Positions 1 through 28,699 of a stretch of DNA of 64,000 nucleotides are shown here, piece after piece. Within the stretch, counting starts at the first letter, position 1. The number at the start of each line of letters is the position of its first letter. Made by a program: the position numbers and the translations under genes. Origin of the DNA: Lama guanicoe (lineage: Eukaryota); NCBI GenBank assembly GCA_013239625.1, contig MU054338.1:2668977-2732976 (forward strand), in the 5' to 3' direction. The notes below the pieces were generated by a model. That model had not been told where the DNA came from, made no database searches, and saw only the letters and a program-made list of their open reading frames with translations.

Positions 1-619
1 TGGTGCCCCAGCCTGGCTGCCTGGCGACTGAGCTTGCCTTCCTGGGAAAGTCACTTCTCTCCTGAGCCTCCGGTGAATTACAAAACAAAACAGCAAAATG
101 AACAGGAATGTTTTTTGAGAAGTCACAGGTCTGGCACAGTGCCAAGTCTGTGCTGTACCAAAGTCAAACCCCTGCCCCCTGGTGCCGGTGGGGCGTGGGG
201 GGCCGGGCAGGCAAAGGCGGCAGTGTGACCTTGTGTGGACCTGCGGGTGGAGACGGCCGTGGGCCTGAGGGCCGCTCACGACGGTGGCCGGCTGCATGGC
301 TGACCCCTGTCCTAGACCCAGCTGGCCAGGCCCGCGTTTGGCAGCTGGACTTTCGCCTTCTGTCCCCAGTCCTGAAATGGGCACTCGGGCTGGGGCCGGG
401 GCTGGGGGAGGTGCTGGCAGGCCGAGTGGCTTGGCACAGCCCACCACTCCTCCCTGCCTGGAAGGCCCAGACACCATCTGGGAGTCGGGCTGGGAGGGCG
501 GGGCCGGGGCCTGAGGACACAGATGCAGGGATGGGGGTTCTCCCCTCGGAGGAAATCCAGACACCTCAGCCGTCTGGGTGTGGCACCAGGAAAGGGGAAG
601 GTCTGGGCTTGAAAATACT

Positions 620-1032
620 GTGACAACCACCATCTAAAGACCCAAGTGTCCATCAACAGTGAATAGGTACACAAAAACCACCCACACAGTGGAATACTAC
701 GCAACCATAAAAAGGAACAAGGCACCAACACTTGGCACAGCGTGGACAGACCCTGAGAACACAAGGCTCAGTGAGAGAACCAGACAAAAGAGGCCACACT
801 GTGTGACGCCACTGACGTGAAACGTCCAGAACAGGCCAGTCCACAGAGACACAGAAGGGGCTCCTGGCTGTCAGGGGCTGGGGGGGACAGGGTTTCCTTT
901 TGGGGTGATGGAATGTTCTGGAATCATATAAAGGTGGTGGTCAGACAACCTTATGAAGATATAAAAATCTGCTGAATTGCATGCCTGAAAAGAGTGGGTC
1001 ACGAGGTAGGTGAATTCTACCTCAATAAAGCT
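620..1032 (+). mobile_element. Old L1M (L1MB-like) 3' UTR fragment
   Basis: CCCAAGTGTCCATCAACAGTGAAT...GGAATACTAC...TTTTGGGGTGATGGAATGTTCTGG...ACCTCAATAAAG. Confidence 0.75.
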
Positions 1033-1602
1033 GAGAAATCAACTGATCAACTGCAGCCCAAGGCCTGGTCCTCTGGACCCTCACTTAATTCAACTCTCTT
1101 CCTGCCACTTGACTTAAAGAAAAAAAATCAGAGCCCTAAGCGCTGCTTCCTAGTTAGACCACCTGAGCCGGGACCCCGAGCCGGGACCCTTCCCCTCGCC
1201 AGCCCCCAGCGTGGTGGAAGTACCAGCCTGAACTTCACAGCACAGGTGGTGGCTCTAGGTACCAAGGGTCCTCTGGGGGCCCTGCCGGCCCTCCGTCCCC
1301 ACCCACCCCCGCTGTGTGTCGGGGCTTCATCCAACAAGCCACCCAAGGAGGTCCTGGCCCAACACAGCAGACGCAGCACCGCAGAGCCCAGGTGGTGGGC
1401 ACAATGGTGCTTGCTGGGCAACCCTTTCGGCTTTTCTGCACCCTTGAACGCTTTCGTGATAAAATGCTGGAAAAACCGCCCACCCCACGCGCGACTTGGC
1501 TGAGGAGAGTTTCTGGACCCCGCCAGCTGGCAGCAACAGGTGCAGCTGCCCCGGACGGGACAGTTTGAGGCACTGCTTGCAGAGCTGTCCCCAGAAGCCT
1601 CA

Positions 1603-17486
<15,884 letters not shown>

Positions 17487-17639
17487 TCAGCTGACCTCAG
17501 CATCAACTTAAGTATTTTTCCTTTTATGGACACCCCCCCACCCCAGCCCCCACCCGCCAACGAACTTATATTGGTTACCATCATTCTTTCAAGGAAGAGA
17601 GGTCATTAAAAAACTTTGTCCTAATGGTGATGGTGGTGG

Positions 17640-18225
17640 TAGTACGTACGTGCTACATAAAATTTACCATTTTGCCATTTTCAAAGGCACAGCTCAGCAA
17701 CGTTAAGCAGATTCACGTTGTTGTACAACCATCCTCACCATCCATCTCTAGAACTTTCTCATCTTCTAAAACGAAACTCTGTTCCCGTTAAACACTCACT
17801 CCCCTTTCTATTCTAGTCCCCCACACTACCACTCCATTTTCTGTCTCTATGAATTCAACTTCTCATGTAAGTGGAATCAGGCAGTGTTTGTCCTTTTGTG
17901 TGTGGCTTATTTCACTGAGCATCACGTCCTCAAGGTTCATCCATGTTTGGCGTCCGTCCAAATTTCCTTTTAAAGGCCGAATAGTACTCCTTTGGATGGA
18001 TGGACCACATTTTGTTTATGCATTTATCCATGATAGACATTTGGGTGTTTCTGCCTTTTGGCTGTTATGAATAGTGCTGTTACAAAATTGGTGTACCAGT
18101 ATATATTCAGATCCATGCTTGCAAGTCTTTTGGATACCTACCTAGAAGTGGCATTGCTGGTGAATCTACGTTTAGTTTTTTGAGGAACCATCATACTGTT
18201 TTCCACAGCGACTACACCATTTTAA
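17640..18225 (-). mobile_element. L1M 3' UTR fragment
   Basis: CATAAAATTTACCATTTT...TGAGGAACCATCATACTGTTTTCCACAG. Confidence 0.75.
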
Positions 18226-19227
18226 GGGAAAGGTCATTTTAACACCAACTATAAAAAAGGAGGAACTATGTGGTACAAAATAAAGGGACAGCCGTTTAAA
18301 TGGGAGAAAGTTGACTTCATGAAAAACTCACCACATTGCTTTTCTTTTTGTCACGTCTCTGAGCACCTGTGCGCATATCATGGTGGGGTGTGTCTCCAAG
18401 TGGGAAGAAACAGGAAGAGGAAGATTCAGTCAACCTCTTCTTGAGTCCAGCTGGAGTCCCCTGGTCACCCTGACTCAGTCCTGCCCACTTCCTGTCCAGC
18501 CACCCTGCAGTCATTCTTTTAACAGTCAATTTGCAAAGCCCTTTATGTGCTAGACACTGAGCTGAGCACTGAGAGATACAATGTTTTAAAAATAGATATA
18601 TAATATAAATATACACAATCGCAAAATGTGACAATGCTCTAAAAATGCAAAGATGTATCCATAGCTCTCCCTGATGGAAACTGCTCCCGGACACTTGCTC
18701 CTCCTTGTCTACAGTATGAGCATTTTTCGTTTTGCCTCTCACTGCTCTCACTCGCTCACCCAAAATTCAGGATAATGCCATGACCTTTCCCATATCTGGG
18801 CTTTTCCACCTTCCTCCTGTTATGCAGAGTAATCTATCATTTTATTTTATTTTAGGCTATATATACAATCTTTTTCTTTCATTGAGCTATAACTTACATA
18901 TATTAAACATACAGTTCTTGAATGCTCAATTCCTTAAGCTTTTACAATTGTATTTACCCAGGAAACCATTCCCAGAAACAAGATGCAGAGCATTTCCATC
19001 ACTCCAGAAAGTTTTCTCAGTGTCCTGTTCAGTTAATCCCCCTCGCCCCGGGCAGCAGTGGCGTGCTGGTTAATGTTTAACCATTAGGAATGAGAGATTT
19101 AGAGAGCAGGGAGGGGCACTGCTTTACAACGTGTCCTTTTTGTGGTGTAAGTATTCTCACCCAGAGATTGTCAGTTACTATGAGGTAGGAAGGAATGGTA
19201 ACAATTGGCACTTAGGCTTTTTGCAGT

Positions 19228-19362
19228 GGGGGGGGGGCAGGGAGGAGGAAGTAACTAGGTTGGTTGGTTGGTTGGTTTGTTTAATGGAGGTGCTGGGGAT
19301 TGAACCCAGGACCTTGTGCATGTTAAGCATGTGCTCTACCACTGAGCTACACCCTCCTCCCC
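19228..19362 (-). mobile_element. tRNA-derived SINE nested in a MER63-like hAT remnant (about 19056-19410)
   Basis: Reverse-complement SINE body; flanked by CAGTGGCGTGCTGGTTAATGTTTAAC, a MER63-type terminus. Confidence 0.75.
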
Positions 19363-20719
19363 AATAGTAGGTACTTATGAGCCAGGACAAGCTGCCTGCA
19401 GCCCATCAGTACTCCACAGGTACCCTAGATTCTGATTTCTATCCCCATAGATTAGTTTTGCATGTTCTGGAGCTTTTTGGAAAGGGAACTGTGCAGTATA
19501 TCTTCTGTGTCTGACTTCTTTTGCATGATATTTTTGTGACTCATCCATGTGATTGCCTGTAACAGCAACTTTTTTTTTTCCTTGCTGTATGATAACCCGA
19601 TTGTGTGTATTTGGGGGGCTGCCCTTCCTATTGAAGAATAAATTAGCTGTTGAGGAGGATAAAGGGATTGAATCTTTTCTAAGGATCCAAGTTGTCAGTT
19701 CTGCTCAGTTCCTAGTTGGGGCTCAGCTCACATAAAGTCTAATTCTCCCAGTTCCCACTAGTTCCCTGCTTCTTGGAATTCCGATACACCCTGCTTATTT
19801 CTGGCTTATGGCTCCTGCTGCAACATTTTGATTCACATCCCTATTCTTTCATTATGCCTTCCCTTCTAGTTATGAATATTTCAAAGGCAAGGAAGCAGGT
19901 GGATCTGCTTCTTTCTCTCCCAGTCCAGCTCCTTGGATAGCTGAAGCCCCGTACATATAAGCCTCCTGAATGAACGAAGTGGGTGTTCCTGTCCTTGGGA
20001 GACAAGGTTCCTGCTAATCACCTGATTCTCAGCCCTGGTTATAGAACATGAGCTTTTATTGTTGCGACTACGGCACAGACTTTTGCCCTTCACCCCCTTC
20101 TCTATCTCAACTAGTGAGCACATTTCACTCTGCAACCTCTCCCTGTTACCTCTCTCTCTACTTACCGTTGGTTCCAATCACATCTCTCTTAGTACATCTG
20201 TTCCCTGGCTCCCAAGACTCGGGTGTCTCTTAACTCTCCTCCACCCCGGGAAATAAATTTCTAATAGCTTTGTTGATAGATTCAATCCAAAGTGACGTTT
20301 ATCTTGTTGAGGCACAGTTTAGTATTAGTATCACATGTGTACACTCTGCCTATCTCGGAATGCACCCTGAACTTTATCTCTCTCACCTGGGCAATGGATT
20401 AACTGAAAGAACAACTGACCTGACCCCTTTGGATAGTGCAGTTTAGTTCTATCTAGACCACCTACAACCCAGCAACTCTGCCCCTAGGAATGTACCCTAG
20501 GAAGCCCTTGCCTTAATGAAACCAGGAGACAGATACACTAGTGTTCTCCATGGCAAAAATCTGGAAACCACACAAATATCCATCGATGGAAAAATGGAAA
20601 AGTATGTTCTGGTCTAGTCCCCCCCCCCAAATATGAGGCAGCAGTAAACTCCCAAATGATAACAATGTAAAAAAGTCTTAGACACAGAAAGTTACGGGAG
20701 ACTCCACGACCCCGTTTTT

Positions 20720-22145
20720 ATTAAATGAAAATGGCTCAGAACCATTAGACATGGGAAAGATGCAAATAAAATCTACAGCAGGCCACCACCACACATCTGT
20801 TGGAATGGCTAACGTGGAAGAGGCCAACACCACCAACTACTGGTGAGACCGCAGGGCACCCTCACATGTTGCCGATGGGGATACAGGCGTGGTGCAGCCC
20901 CTCTGGAAAGTGGCTTGGCTTCTTTGGAGGTTAATCACACATGACCCAGGAGTCCCAGTCCTGGGTGTTTACCCAAGAGGAAGGAATGTTGAGGTTCACA
21001 CAAGCACCTGAACATGACTGTTCATAAAAGCTTTATCTGTAATAGATCCCAAACTGGAAACAACCCAAACGCCGCTCAGAAGGTGAATTGATACACAGTT
21101 GTGAACGGAATGAATCGTAAAGATGTGGGTTAATTCTACACAATGAAACGCTACTCAGGAACAAAAAGGAACAAACTATAGATCCACGCACCAACTTGAG
21201 TGAATTTCAAAGGTGTCAACGCTCACTGCAAGAGGGCAGTCTCAGAAAGTGATGTAGCGCTTGGTTCCATTTAGGTGACATTCCTTTAATGGCAGGTTAT
21301 AGCGACTGGCAACAGATCAGAGGTGGCCAGGAGCGAGGACTGGGGGGAAGTTGTGACATGAGGGGTTTTCTTTGTGGTCATGGAAATGTTCTGTATTCTG
21401 ATTATGGTGGTGGCCACAGGAATCTAAACACGCGACAACTTTTTGTAAGCCTGTACACATAGCAAAAGGAGTGCATGTCAAAGCTGGTAAAATCAGAATA
21501 ATGTCAATCGTACCAATGTGAGTCCCCTGATTTTAATATTTTTCTATGACTATTTAGGATTTTATATTTGGGGGAAGCTGGGTGAAGGGTATAGAGGAAC
21601 TCTCTGTACTCTTTTTTTTTCTTTGCAACTTTTATGTGAGTCTGAAATTATTTCAAAATAAAAAGTCTTAAAAAAAAAAAGGAAAGTATGGCAGTTCCTC
21701 AAAAAATTAAATAGAATTACCATATGATCCAGCATTTCCACCCGGGGTATACATCCAAGAGAATTAAAAGCAGCGACTCAGCAGGTGCTTAGACACGCAT
21801 ATTTACAGCAGCATTATTCACAGTCACCGAAAGATGGCCAACCCAAATGGCCATCAACGATGAAAGGACAAACAAAATGTGACATATACACACAGCAGAA
21901 TACTACTCAGTCTTAAAAAAAGAGGAAATTCTGACACACACTATACCATGGATGGACCGTAAGGACATTTTGCTAAGTGAAATAAGCCACTTACAAAAGC
22001 ACAAGTACTGTATGATTCCAGTAATAAGAGGTCCCTGGAGGAATCACTTTCATAGAGACAGAAAGTAGCTGGTGGGTGCTGGGGCAAGAGGGGAGGGATG
22101 GGGGAAGTTACCTAACAGATCTGGGTTTCCTTCTGGGGAGATGAC
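20720..22145 (+). mobile_element. Cluster of L1M fragments (ORF2 end and 3' UTRs)
   Basis: Motifs such as CCATATGATCCAGCATTTCCAC, GCAGCATTATTCACAG and GCTAAGTGAAATAAGCCA. Confidence 0.7.
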
Positions 22146-22465
22146 AGTGTGGTTTGGTCATTTTGTGACCAGAGCCGATGACACGAATCATTGTGAAAGC
22201 AATAAATGCATGTGAACCGCTCGCTCCGGGATGATCAGCTGCGTCTCTCTCTGTGGGCCCTGCATCTGTCTCCTGCATCTACTCAACCCTGAGGGTGTCC
22301 TGGGCAAGCAGCCGCAGACAATGCCCACCAAATGGGCGTTGCCGTGTGCCAATAACGCTTTATTTACACAAACAAGCAGAGGGTGATAGCATGCCAACCC
22401 CTGGTTTAGGCTTAAAAACGTGGTGGGGAAAAGTTAATAATGCATTTGGTTTGTTTGTCTTATGA

Positions 22466-22575
22466 CGGGGGTAATTAGGTTTATTTATTTGTATGTGGAG
22501 GAGGTACTGGGCATCGCACCCAGGACCTCGTTCATACTAAGCATGCGCTCTACCACTTGAGCTATACCCTCCCCC
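22466..22575 (-). mobile_element. tRNA-derived SINE
   Basis: GGGGGTAATTAGGTTTATTT...CTCTACCACTTGAGCTATACCCTCCCC. Confidence 0.8.
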
Positions 22576-22579
22576 TGAT

Positions 22580-23097
22580 AACGCAGCCTGCCCTTCAAAA
22601 CGTGTGGTGCCTGCCATCGTTAGGCTGTGAGCAGCACACGCGCACAAAACGGGAAGTAATGTTTCCAGCGTTCACAGACTGCTGTCTGGTTCACCAAAGA
22701 AGACGCTCACATTATCCGTGAACAAGTGAAATCCCAACGAAGGTCTTCACTTTCGCGTTGCTTATTAACATAAACGAAAATATTGCCAACGTGCACGTCA
22801 GAACTACACCTGCTCCGCTGTTTGCTACCAGGGGTTGGCTATGAATACGAGTCTGGCAAAAATCGACACAGACCTATTTTGAGATTCGAGTGGCTATAGA
22901 GAATTCGTAACACGGTATTGTACGCCTGATCATCTGTAAACCGTGCTCTATGCATCCTTTATGTCCGTGACATTTATAATAAACACATGTTCTACAATGC
23001 AAGTGTATCGTGTGTGCGTCATATATGCCGGATTGCAGACGCGTATAAAGTCCCTGCGCAGAGAGCAGGCTGCTAAACGCTGACCAGCGCACAGTGA
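22580..23097. mobile_element. MER63-family (hAT-Blackjack) DNA transposon remnant
   Basis: GAATACGAGTCTGGCAAAAATC...TTTATAATAAAC...GCTAAACGCTGACCAGCGCACAGTG resembles the MER63 end as I recall it. Confidence 0.6.
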
Positions 23098-23251
23098 CGT
23101 TTGCACATCGGCCAGTTGAAATATTCCCCCGCCAGCTTGGCGGGCGTTCATTCAGCTAACATTTATTGAGCGTCTACTTCCTGCCAGGCAGAAAGACCGA
23201 ACCCAGGGGATATGGAAATTCACTGATTATTTCACTTGACAGAAGTGTCTT

Positions 23252-23380
23252 GGGGGAAGGGTACAGCTCAGTGGTGGAGTTCTTGCCTAGCATGCATGCG
23301 CTCCTGGGTTCAATCCCCAGCACCTCCAGCAACAAATACATAAATAAGCCTGATTACCTCCCTCTTACAGACAAACAAAC
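23252..23380 (+). mobile_element. tRNA-derived SINE
   Basis: GGGGAAGGGTACAGCTCAGTGG...GGGTTCAATCCCCAG...CCTGATTACCTCCC. Confidence 0.8.
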
Positions 23381-23968
23381 AGTCCTGTGATCCTTCCCGG
23401 CATCAACATCGGTCCAGATGCTCAGCTGGTCAGAGAGAGGAAGGGGGAGGGGGTGGGAGAGCGCAGGAAGGAGCAAATAAACGTGCCAAGGCACGGAGGC
23501 TCATCTCTGCGGTGCCATTCCTAGGGTTTCTTTCTTTTTTTTTAACCTCTTTTTATTTTTTTATTGAGATATAATCGACCTATAACATTATATTAGCTTC
23601 AGGTGTACAACATAATGATTTCATAATGGTTCAGTTTATGTATATATTGAGAAACGATCACAATAAGACTCAGTAACAACTGGCACCACATACAGTTAAC
23701 AAACATCTTATTTTTTCCCTGTGATAAAGGAAAAAAATTTTTGTACAGTACAGTATTATTACCTATAGTTACCGTGCTGTACATTCTGTCCTCAGGACTT
23801 ACTTATTTTATAACTGGAATTTTATACCTTCTGATCCCCTTCACCCATTTCTCCCACCTGCTGCCCCTACAGGTTTTGTGTGTGTGTGTGTGTGATTTTG
23901 TACCATGTCTTGACCAGTGGATGGTCAAGATGATATCTACTTACAGCTGTGCAAAAAGGATTCATGCA

Positions 23969-24120
23969 GGGGGAGGACACAGCTCTGTGGTAGAGTGTGC
24001 CTAGCATCGTGAGGTCCTGGGTTCAACCCCCAGCACCGCCATTATAAATAAATAAATAAACCTAATTACCTCCCCCTTAACAACATTAAAAAAAAATAAA
24101 AGATAAACTTAAAAAAAATT
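23969..24120 (+). mobile_element. tRNA-derived SINE
   Basis: A- and B-boxes plus an (AAAT)n-AACCTAATTACCTCCCC tail. Confidence 0.8.
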
Positions 24121-24369
24121 TTTTTTGTAGGAAGTTAAAGAAAAAGAAAAAACAAAAAGGAATCCATGCAGATGAACAAGAACCAGGAGGGAATGTGGAA
24201 AAAATGAACGGAGTTTGACTTGGGCTGGGGTGGGGTGGGGGGCGTGGTTAATAGATGAGATTTATTTTTTGCCTTCCTGTTATTTGCTTATTTCATAGCA
24301 CTATTATCCAGTAATAAACAGATGGTCATTATGTTTTAAATTTTATTTATTTTTACATTTAAATTTTCA

Positions 24370-24502
24370 TTGTTTTTTCTTATTTTAAGGGAGGAGGTAA
24401 ATTGGGTTTTTATTTATTTATTTTAATGGAGGTAGTGGGGGCTGAAACCAGGACCTTGTGCATGCTAAGCACAAGCTCTACCACTGAACTCTACCCTCCC
24501 CC
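24370..24502 (-). mobile_element. tRNA-derived SINE
   Basis: Reverse-complement SINE body and tail. Confidence 0.75.
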
Positions 24503-25158
24503 TTAAATGTTTCTTTTTTTAATCAAGGTATAGTGTATATAATGCAAAATCCACCTTTTCAAAGTTTACAGATCTGTGATTTTTAGTATATTCACTGTGT
24601 TGTGTAACCCTCACCACTGTCTAATTCCAGAACATTCCAGAATATTCCATCACCCCCAAAAGAAAGCCCATCCCCATTAGCAATGACTCCCCATCCCTTG
24701 CCCAGCCCCTGGAACCCTGTTTCTGTCTCCACGGGTGAACTCTGGTCTTTGCCACCAGCTTCTGACTGTGCCAGTATATGCCTGTAGGAGGGATGAAGTC
24801 AAAATGGGGTTTCCATGCAATGTCATAATTGCTCAGATCAAAGTCCCGAACTAAAGGTTTCCAGAAAGAGCTATGACTTTTTTTTTTTTTTTAAACAGGG
24901 CCAATTAAAATCTCCTGGGCTTGGCAAGATCATTTGTCTGGGTGCAGATTTCTCTCTCAAGGTTCGTAACTCAGGTTACCTTCAGAATGTGAAGGTGTTT
25001 CTTCATCAGAAGATTTCTTTGTTTCCTATAAAGCATCAGAGACATTGTTTGGATAATTTGGCAAATGAAGAGTCCCTCAGAAACATGGGGCCTTGGAAAA
25101 CTCATTTCAACCCCCGGGCCTTAGTTTTCCCTTTGGCAATTCAATTTCCTCCTTGACA

Positions 25159-25423
25159 CAGGAGCAAGGCTCTGCAAACTCTTTCTGTAAAGGACTAGAT
25201 AGTAAGTATTTTCTGCTTGGAGGGCCAGACAGTTTCTGCTGCAATAATATATGGATGGATGGGTGTGGCCATGTGAAACTGACATTGGCATTTTAAATCA
25301 TTTTCAACATCAGAAAATAATCTTAAATTTTTTTCAACTCATTGAAAAATGTAAAATTCATTCAAGGCCGCACAACAGGTGGTGAGCTGGCTTTGGCCCA
25401 TGGGCTGTGGTTTGCCAATCCCT
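25159..25423. mobile_element. MER58-type hAT-Charlie MITE (similar copies at about 27990-28330, 29490-29810, 35140-35350 and 53235-53460)
   Basis: GCAAACTCTTTCTGTAAAGG...TAGTAAGTATTTT...GGGCTGTGGTTTGCCAATCCCTG. Confidence 0.7.
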
Positions 25424-25639
25424 GATCAAGGGCACTGGGACATCTGTTACACTGGGAGGCATTTGGGGTCTAAGAAATGGCCCACGTGGGGAAAAGAGAA
25501 ACGGAGGCCCAGGGGCTTGAAATGAGTTTTCCAAGGCCCTGTGGTTTGAAGGACTCCTCATGGCCCAGTGTTTCCTGCATTGGTAAGTGCTGTGGAGGAA
25601 CATAATGCATGTACAGAAGGTGAGAATAGGACACGTGTT

Positions 25640-26260
25640 GCAGTTTTAAATAGAATGTCAGGGAAGTTCTCACTGAGGAACTGACATTTGGGCAAAAGCA
25701 CAGAAAATTGGGAGTGTGCCCCATGGTGATCTGTAGGAGGAGTTTTGAGGTGGAGGAAATAGCCTGTGCAAAGGCCCTGGGGTAGGACCTTGCCTAGTGT
25801 ATTGGGAAGTCTGGGTGGCTGGAATAGAGTGAGTGAGGCAGAGTGGAAAGTACTGCTGATGGATTGATGTGGGGCTGTGAGGGAAAAAGTTTCCCAATGG
25901 CTTCCTATAGTGGAAGGAATAAAATGGAATATAATTTTTTTTAAAGTGGTGTAGATTCACACTAAGGGCCTTTGGAAAGTAACAATGATGTTCAAATTTT
26001 GACACTAGCTGAGTGGGACTTAATTCACTGAGAGCCCTTCAAGGGTGTAAAGCACGGAGGGAGGGACAGTGGGAGCATGGCCCCTCAAGGGCAGTCCAAT
26101 GTTTCAACCTTGAGCACCTGGAAAGATGGAGGTTCTGTCTAGTGAGACAGGAATGGCAGCAGGAGGAGCAGGTTTGGGGGAAGAGCAGGTGCTCAGTCAG
26201 CCGTTTTGAGCGTGAGATGTCTGTCAAAAGGCAGTTGAATATACAAGCTGTTCTCCATCC
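25640..26260 (-). mobile_element. L2 fragment interrupted by a ~190 bp insertion
   Basis: GCAAAGGCCCTGGGGTAGG and TGCTGATGGATTGATGTGGG...GAGCACCTGGAAAGATGGAGG are typical L2 3' motifs. Confidence 0.65.
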
Positions 26261-26524
26261 TTCAGCAGTTAACCCCACAGACAAGATCAGGCTTCTAGAA
26301 AGGATAGATTTAGCAGGAGAACTTGCTGCATTTGTGGTGGGGATGGAGAGAGTTCATTCTGAATCTAATAGCTCACATTTGATATTTGGAGAGGTGGCCC
26401 TGGACTTTATAATCACTGCTTTTTTTTTCCCCAAGGAGAAAGGTCGAAACATTATTCTAATGTTTGAGAAGGAATAGGTAAAGTCTTATTATGTTCAGTG
26501 TTTGATAAATATTTGATGGGGGAA

Positions 26525-26575
26525 ATGAATGAATGAATGAATGAATGAATGAATCATGAAGGAAGGAAGGAAGGA
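26525..26575. repeat. (TGAA)n/(GGAA)n microsatellite
   Basis: Read directly from the sequence. Confidence 0.85.
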
Positions 26576-27065
26576 GGGCTCTGAAGAAGAGTGATTTATC
26601 TTCCAAAAAGTCCCTGGCACAGCTGGACTGGATGCCCTCTCCCAGAAGAACCAGCCTCCTTTCTGGCTGCCGCACTGGTGATGCTCTGCTCACATCCCCA
26701 GATGTAATAGCCACACTTTCCCTCACGTGATCCACCCAGGAAATCCCTAATTTGTAGCATTTGCCAATTTCCATGGTGTAAATACTCAACCCTGGACAAT
26801 TTCAAGCTACCCACATGATATCATTGAATCTCACCAGCCAGAGCAAGCCAGCTGCAGCTCCCCACTGTACCTGAGTTCTTTCTGGCTTTGACCCCAGCAT
26901 CCCACGGTAGCCTGAGCGGATACATGTCTTACTTCCTTTGTCTTTCTATTTCTTCACTGAGAAATACCAGCCAATCCCTGCAGATGTCAGATGAAATGAT
27001 GCAGGTCAAAATACAAGGCATACACACAGTTAGGAAACACAAATTAAGAAGTGATGTATTCTGCT

Positions 27066-27400
27066 ATATAGCACAGGGAACTAGGTTCAGTATCCTGTAA
27101 TAAACTTTAATGAAAAAGAATACAAAAACAAATATATGTATGTATATGTATAACTGAGACATTGTGCTGTACACATGAAATTGACACATTGTAACCGACC
27201 ATATTTCAATTAAAAAATAAAATAAAGAACTTATGACAAGTCTGAAGAAAAAGAAGTGGTATAGCTGTAACCTATAATGAAAAAGAATATGAAAAGGAAT
27301 ATATGTATGTGTATGCATGACTGAAACATTATGATGTACACCAGAAATTGACACAACACTGTAAACTGACTATACTTCAATAAAAAAAGAAAGAAAAAGA
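27066..27400 (+). mobile_element. Two tandem young lineage-specific L1 3' ends
   Basis: TATAGCACAGGGAAC...GAAATTGACACATTGTAAC...TCAAT-polyA, present twice. Confidence 0.75.
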
Positions 27401-27793
27401 AAGTGGAAATCAAATCCTGTAGCTGTTCTGTTTAAAACCCTCCAATGGCTTCCTATAGTGGAAGGAATAAAATGGAATATAATTTTAAAAAAAGTGGTGT
27501 AGATTCACACGAAGGGCCTTTGGAAAGTAACAATGCTGTTCAAATTTGTCAACATCTTTGACACTAGCTGAGTGGGACTGAATTCACTGAGAGCCCTTCA
27601 AGCGTGTGAAGCACGGTGGGACAGTGGGAGCATGGCCCCGGGAAGGGGCAGCCCTGGAGACCTTGGCAGGGAGCAGGGAACAGAATCAGAGCAAGAAGGC
27701 GACGCAGAGACAGCATCCCACTTCCCAGGAGAGCCGACGAGAGCGGCGGCGGGGCCGCCAGGGAAGGAGGCGGCTGAGGCAGTTGCTCGTGGA

Positions 27794-27812
27794 GTCCACT
27801 AGAGGGCGCCAG
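27794..27812 (+). promoter_or_regulatory. CTCF-binding site inside a small CpG-rich patch (27690-27900)
   Basis: GTCCACTAGAGGGCGCCAG, a near-perfect CTCF core. Confidence 0.75.
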
Positions 27813-28699
27813 GGACTGAGACGCCGACCCGTCTCCGCAGCCTCAGGCCTGGCCCTGGTGGTGGTGGGACGGGCAGCGGTCCACTGGGTGACTGCGCAGC
27901 TACAAGAGGAGATGGGGGTCTTAGGTGTGGACCTGGATGGCCCTATCTATGCTTCCAGAGTTGGGGTCTGAGAGGGGTTGGAAAATTAGAGCAGGAGTCT
28001 GCAAACTTTCTTAAAGGGCCATGTAGCGAGTAGTTTAAACATAGCCTGTCATAATTAGTCACCTCTGCCCTTCTAGTTCCAAAACAGCGTAGACCACACA
28101 GTGGGCGCGGCTGCGCGCCAATCAAATTTTATTTTTGGAGGCTGAAATGAGAATTTTATTTTTGGAGGCTGAACTTTGAATTTCATGTAATTTCCCTGCA
28201 TCATGGAATCATTTTTTCCCTATGTTTTCAACTGAAATAATCATCCTATATTTTTTAATTATTTGAAAATGCAAAACTGCTCTTTGCTCAGGCCTTGCAA
28301 AGACAGACTGTGGGGGCCTAGTTTGTCAGTGGAATATGGATGATAATAAACATTGTCTGATGCCAGGAACCGGGTGACAAATGCGGGGGTTTACATATGA
28401 CGTTTAAAAGCCGGAGGAGATCTTGTTTTAACACCCACTCCTCTATGAGACGAAAAGTTTTAGTAATAATTATGAAAAGCAATCGATCATCGTCATAGCC
28501 AGAAAACAATTATAGAGTGAAATTTTTTCTTTTATTGAACGCCACATATGTGATCACACCAGTAACATACATAAAACAGAGATCCCAGCACAATAAAGGG
28601 GGCAATGAATGGACACCTTTTAATTCCAGTAATGAATTTTTTTGAAGAAAAATGTACCTTCACATGTGTTTACATGTATGTGCATGTCTTTACTGATCT

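Noticed and set aside
28125..28173. 22 bp direct repeat AATTTTATTTTTGGAGGCTGAA, with similar micro-duplications near 28982, 29106, 39214 and 46786
   Set aside because: Ordinary slippage duplications inside decayed repeats.
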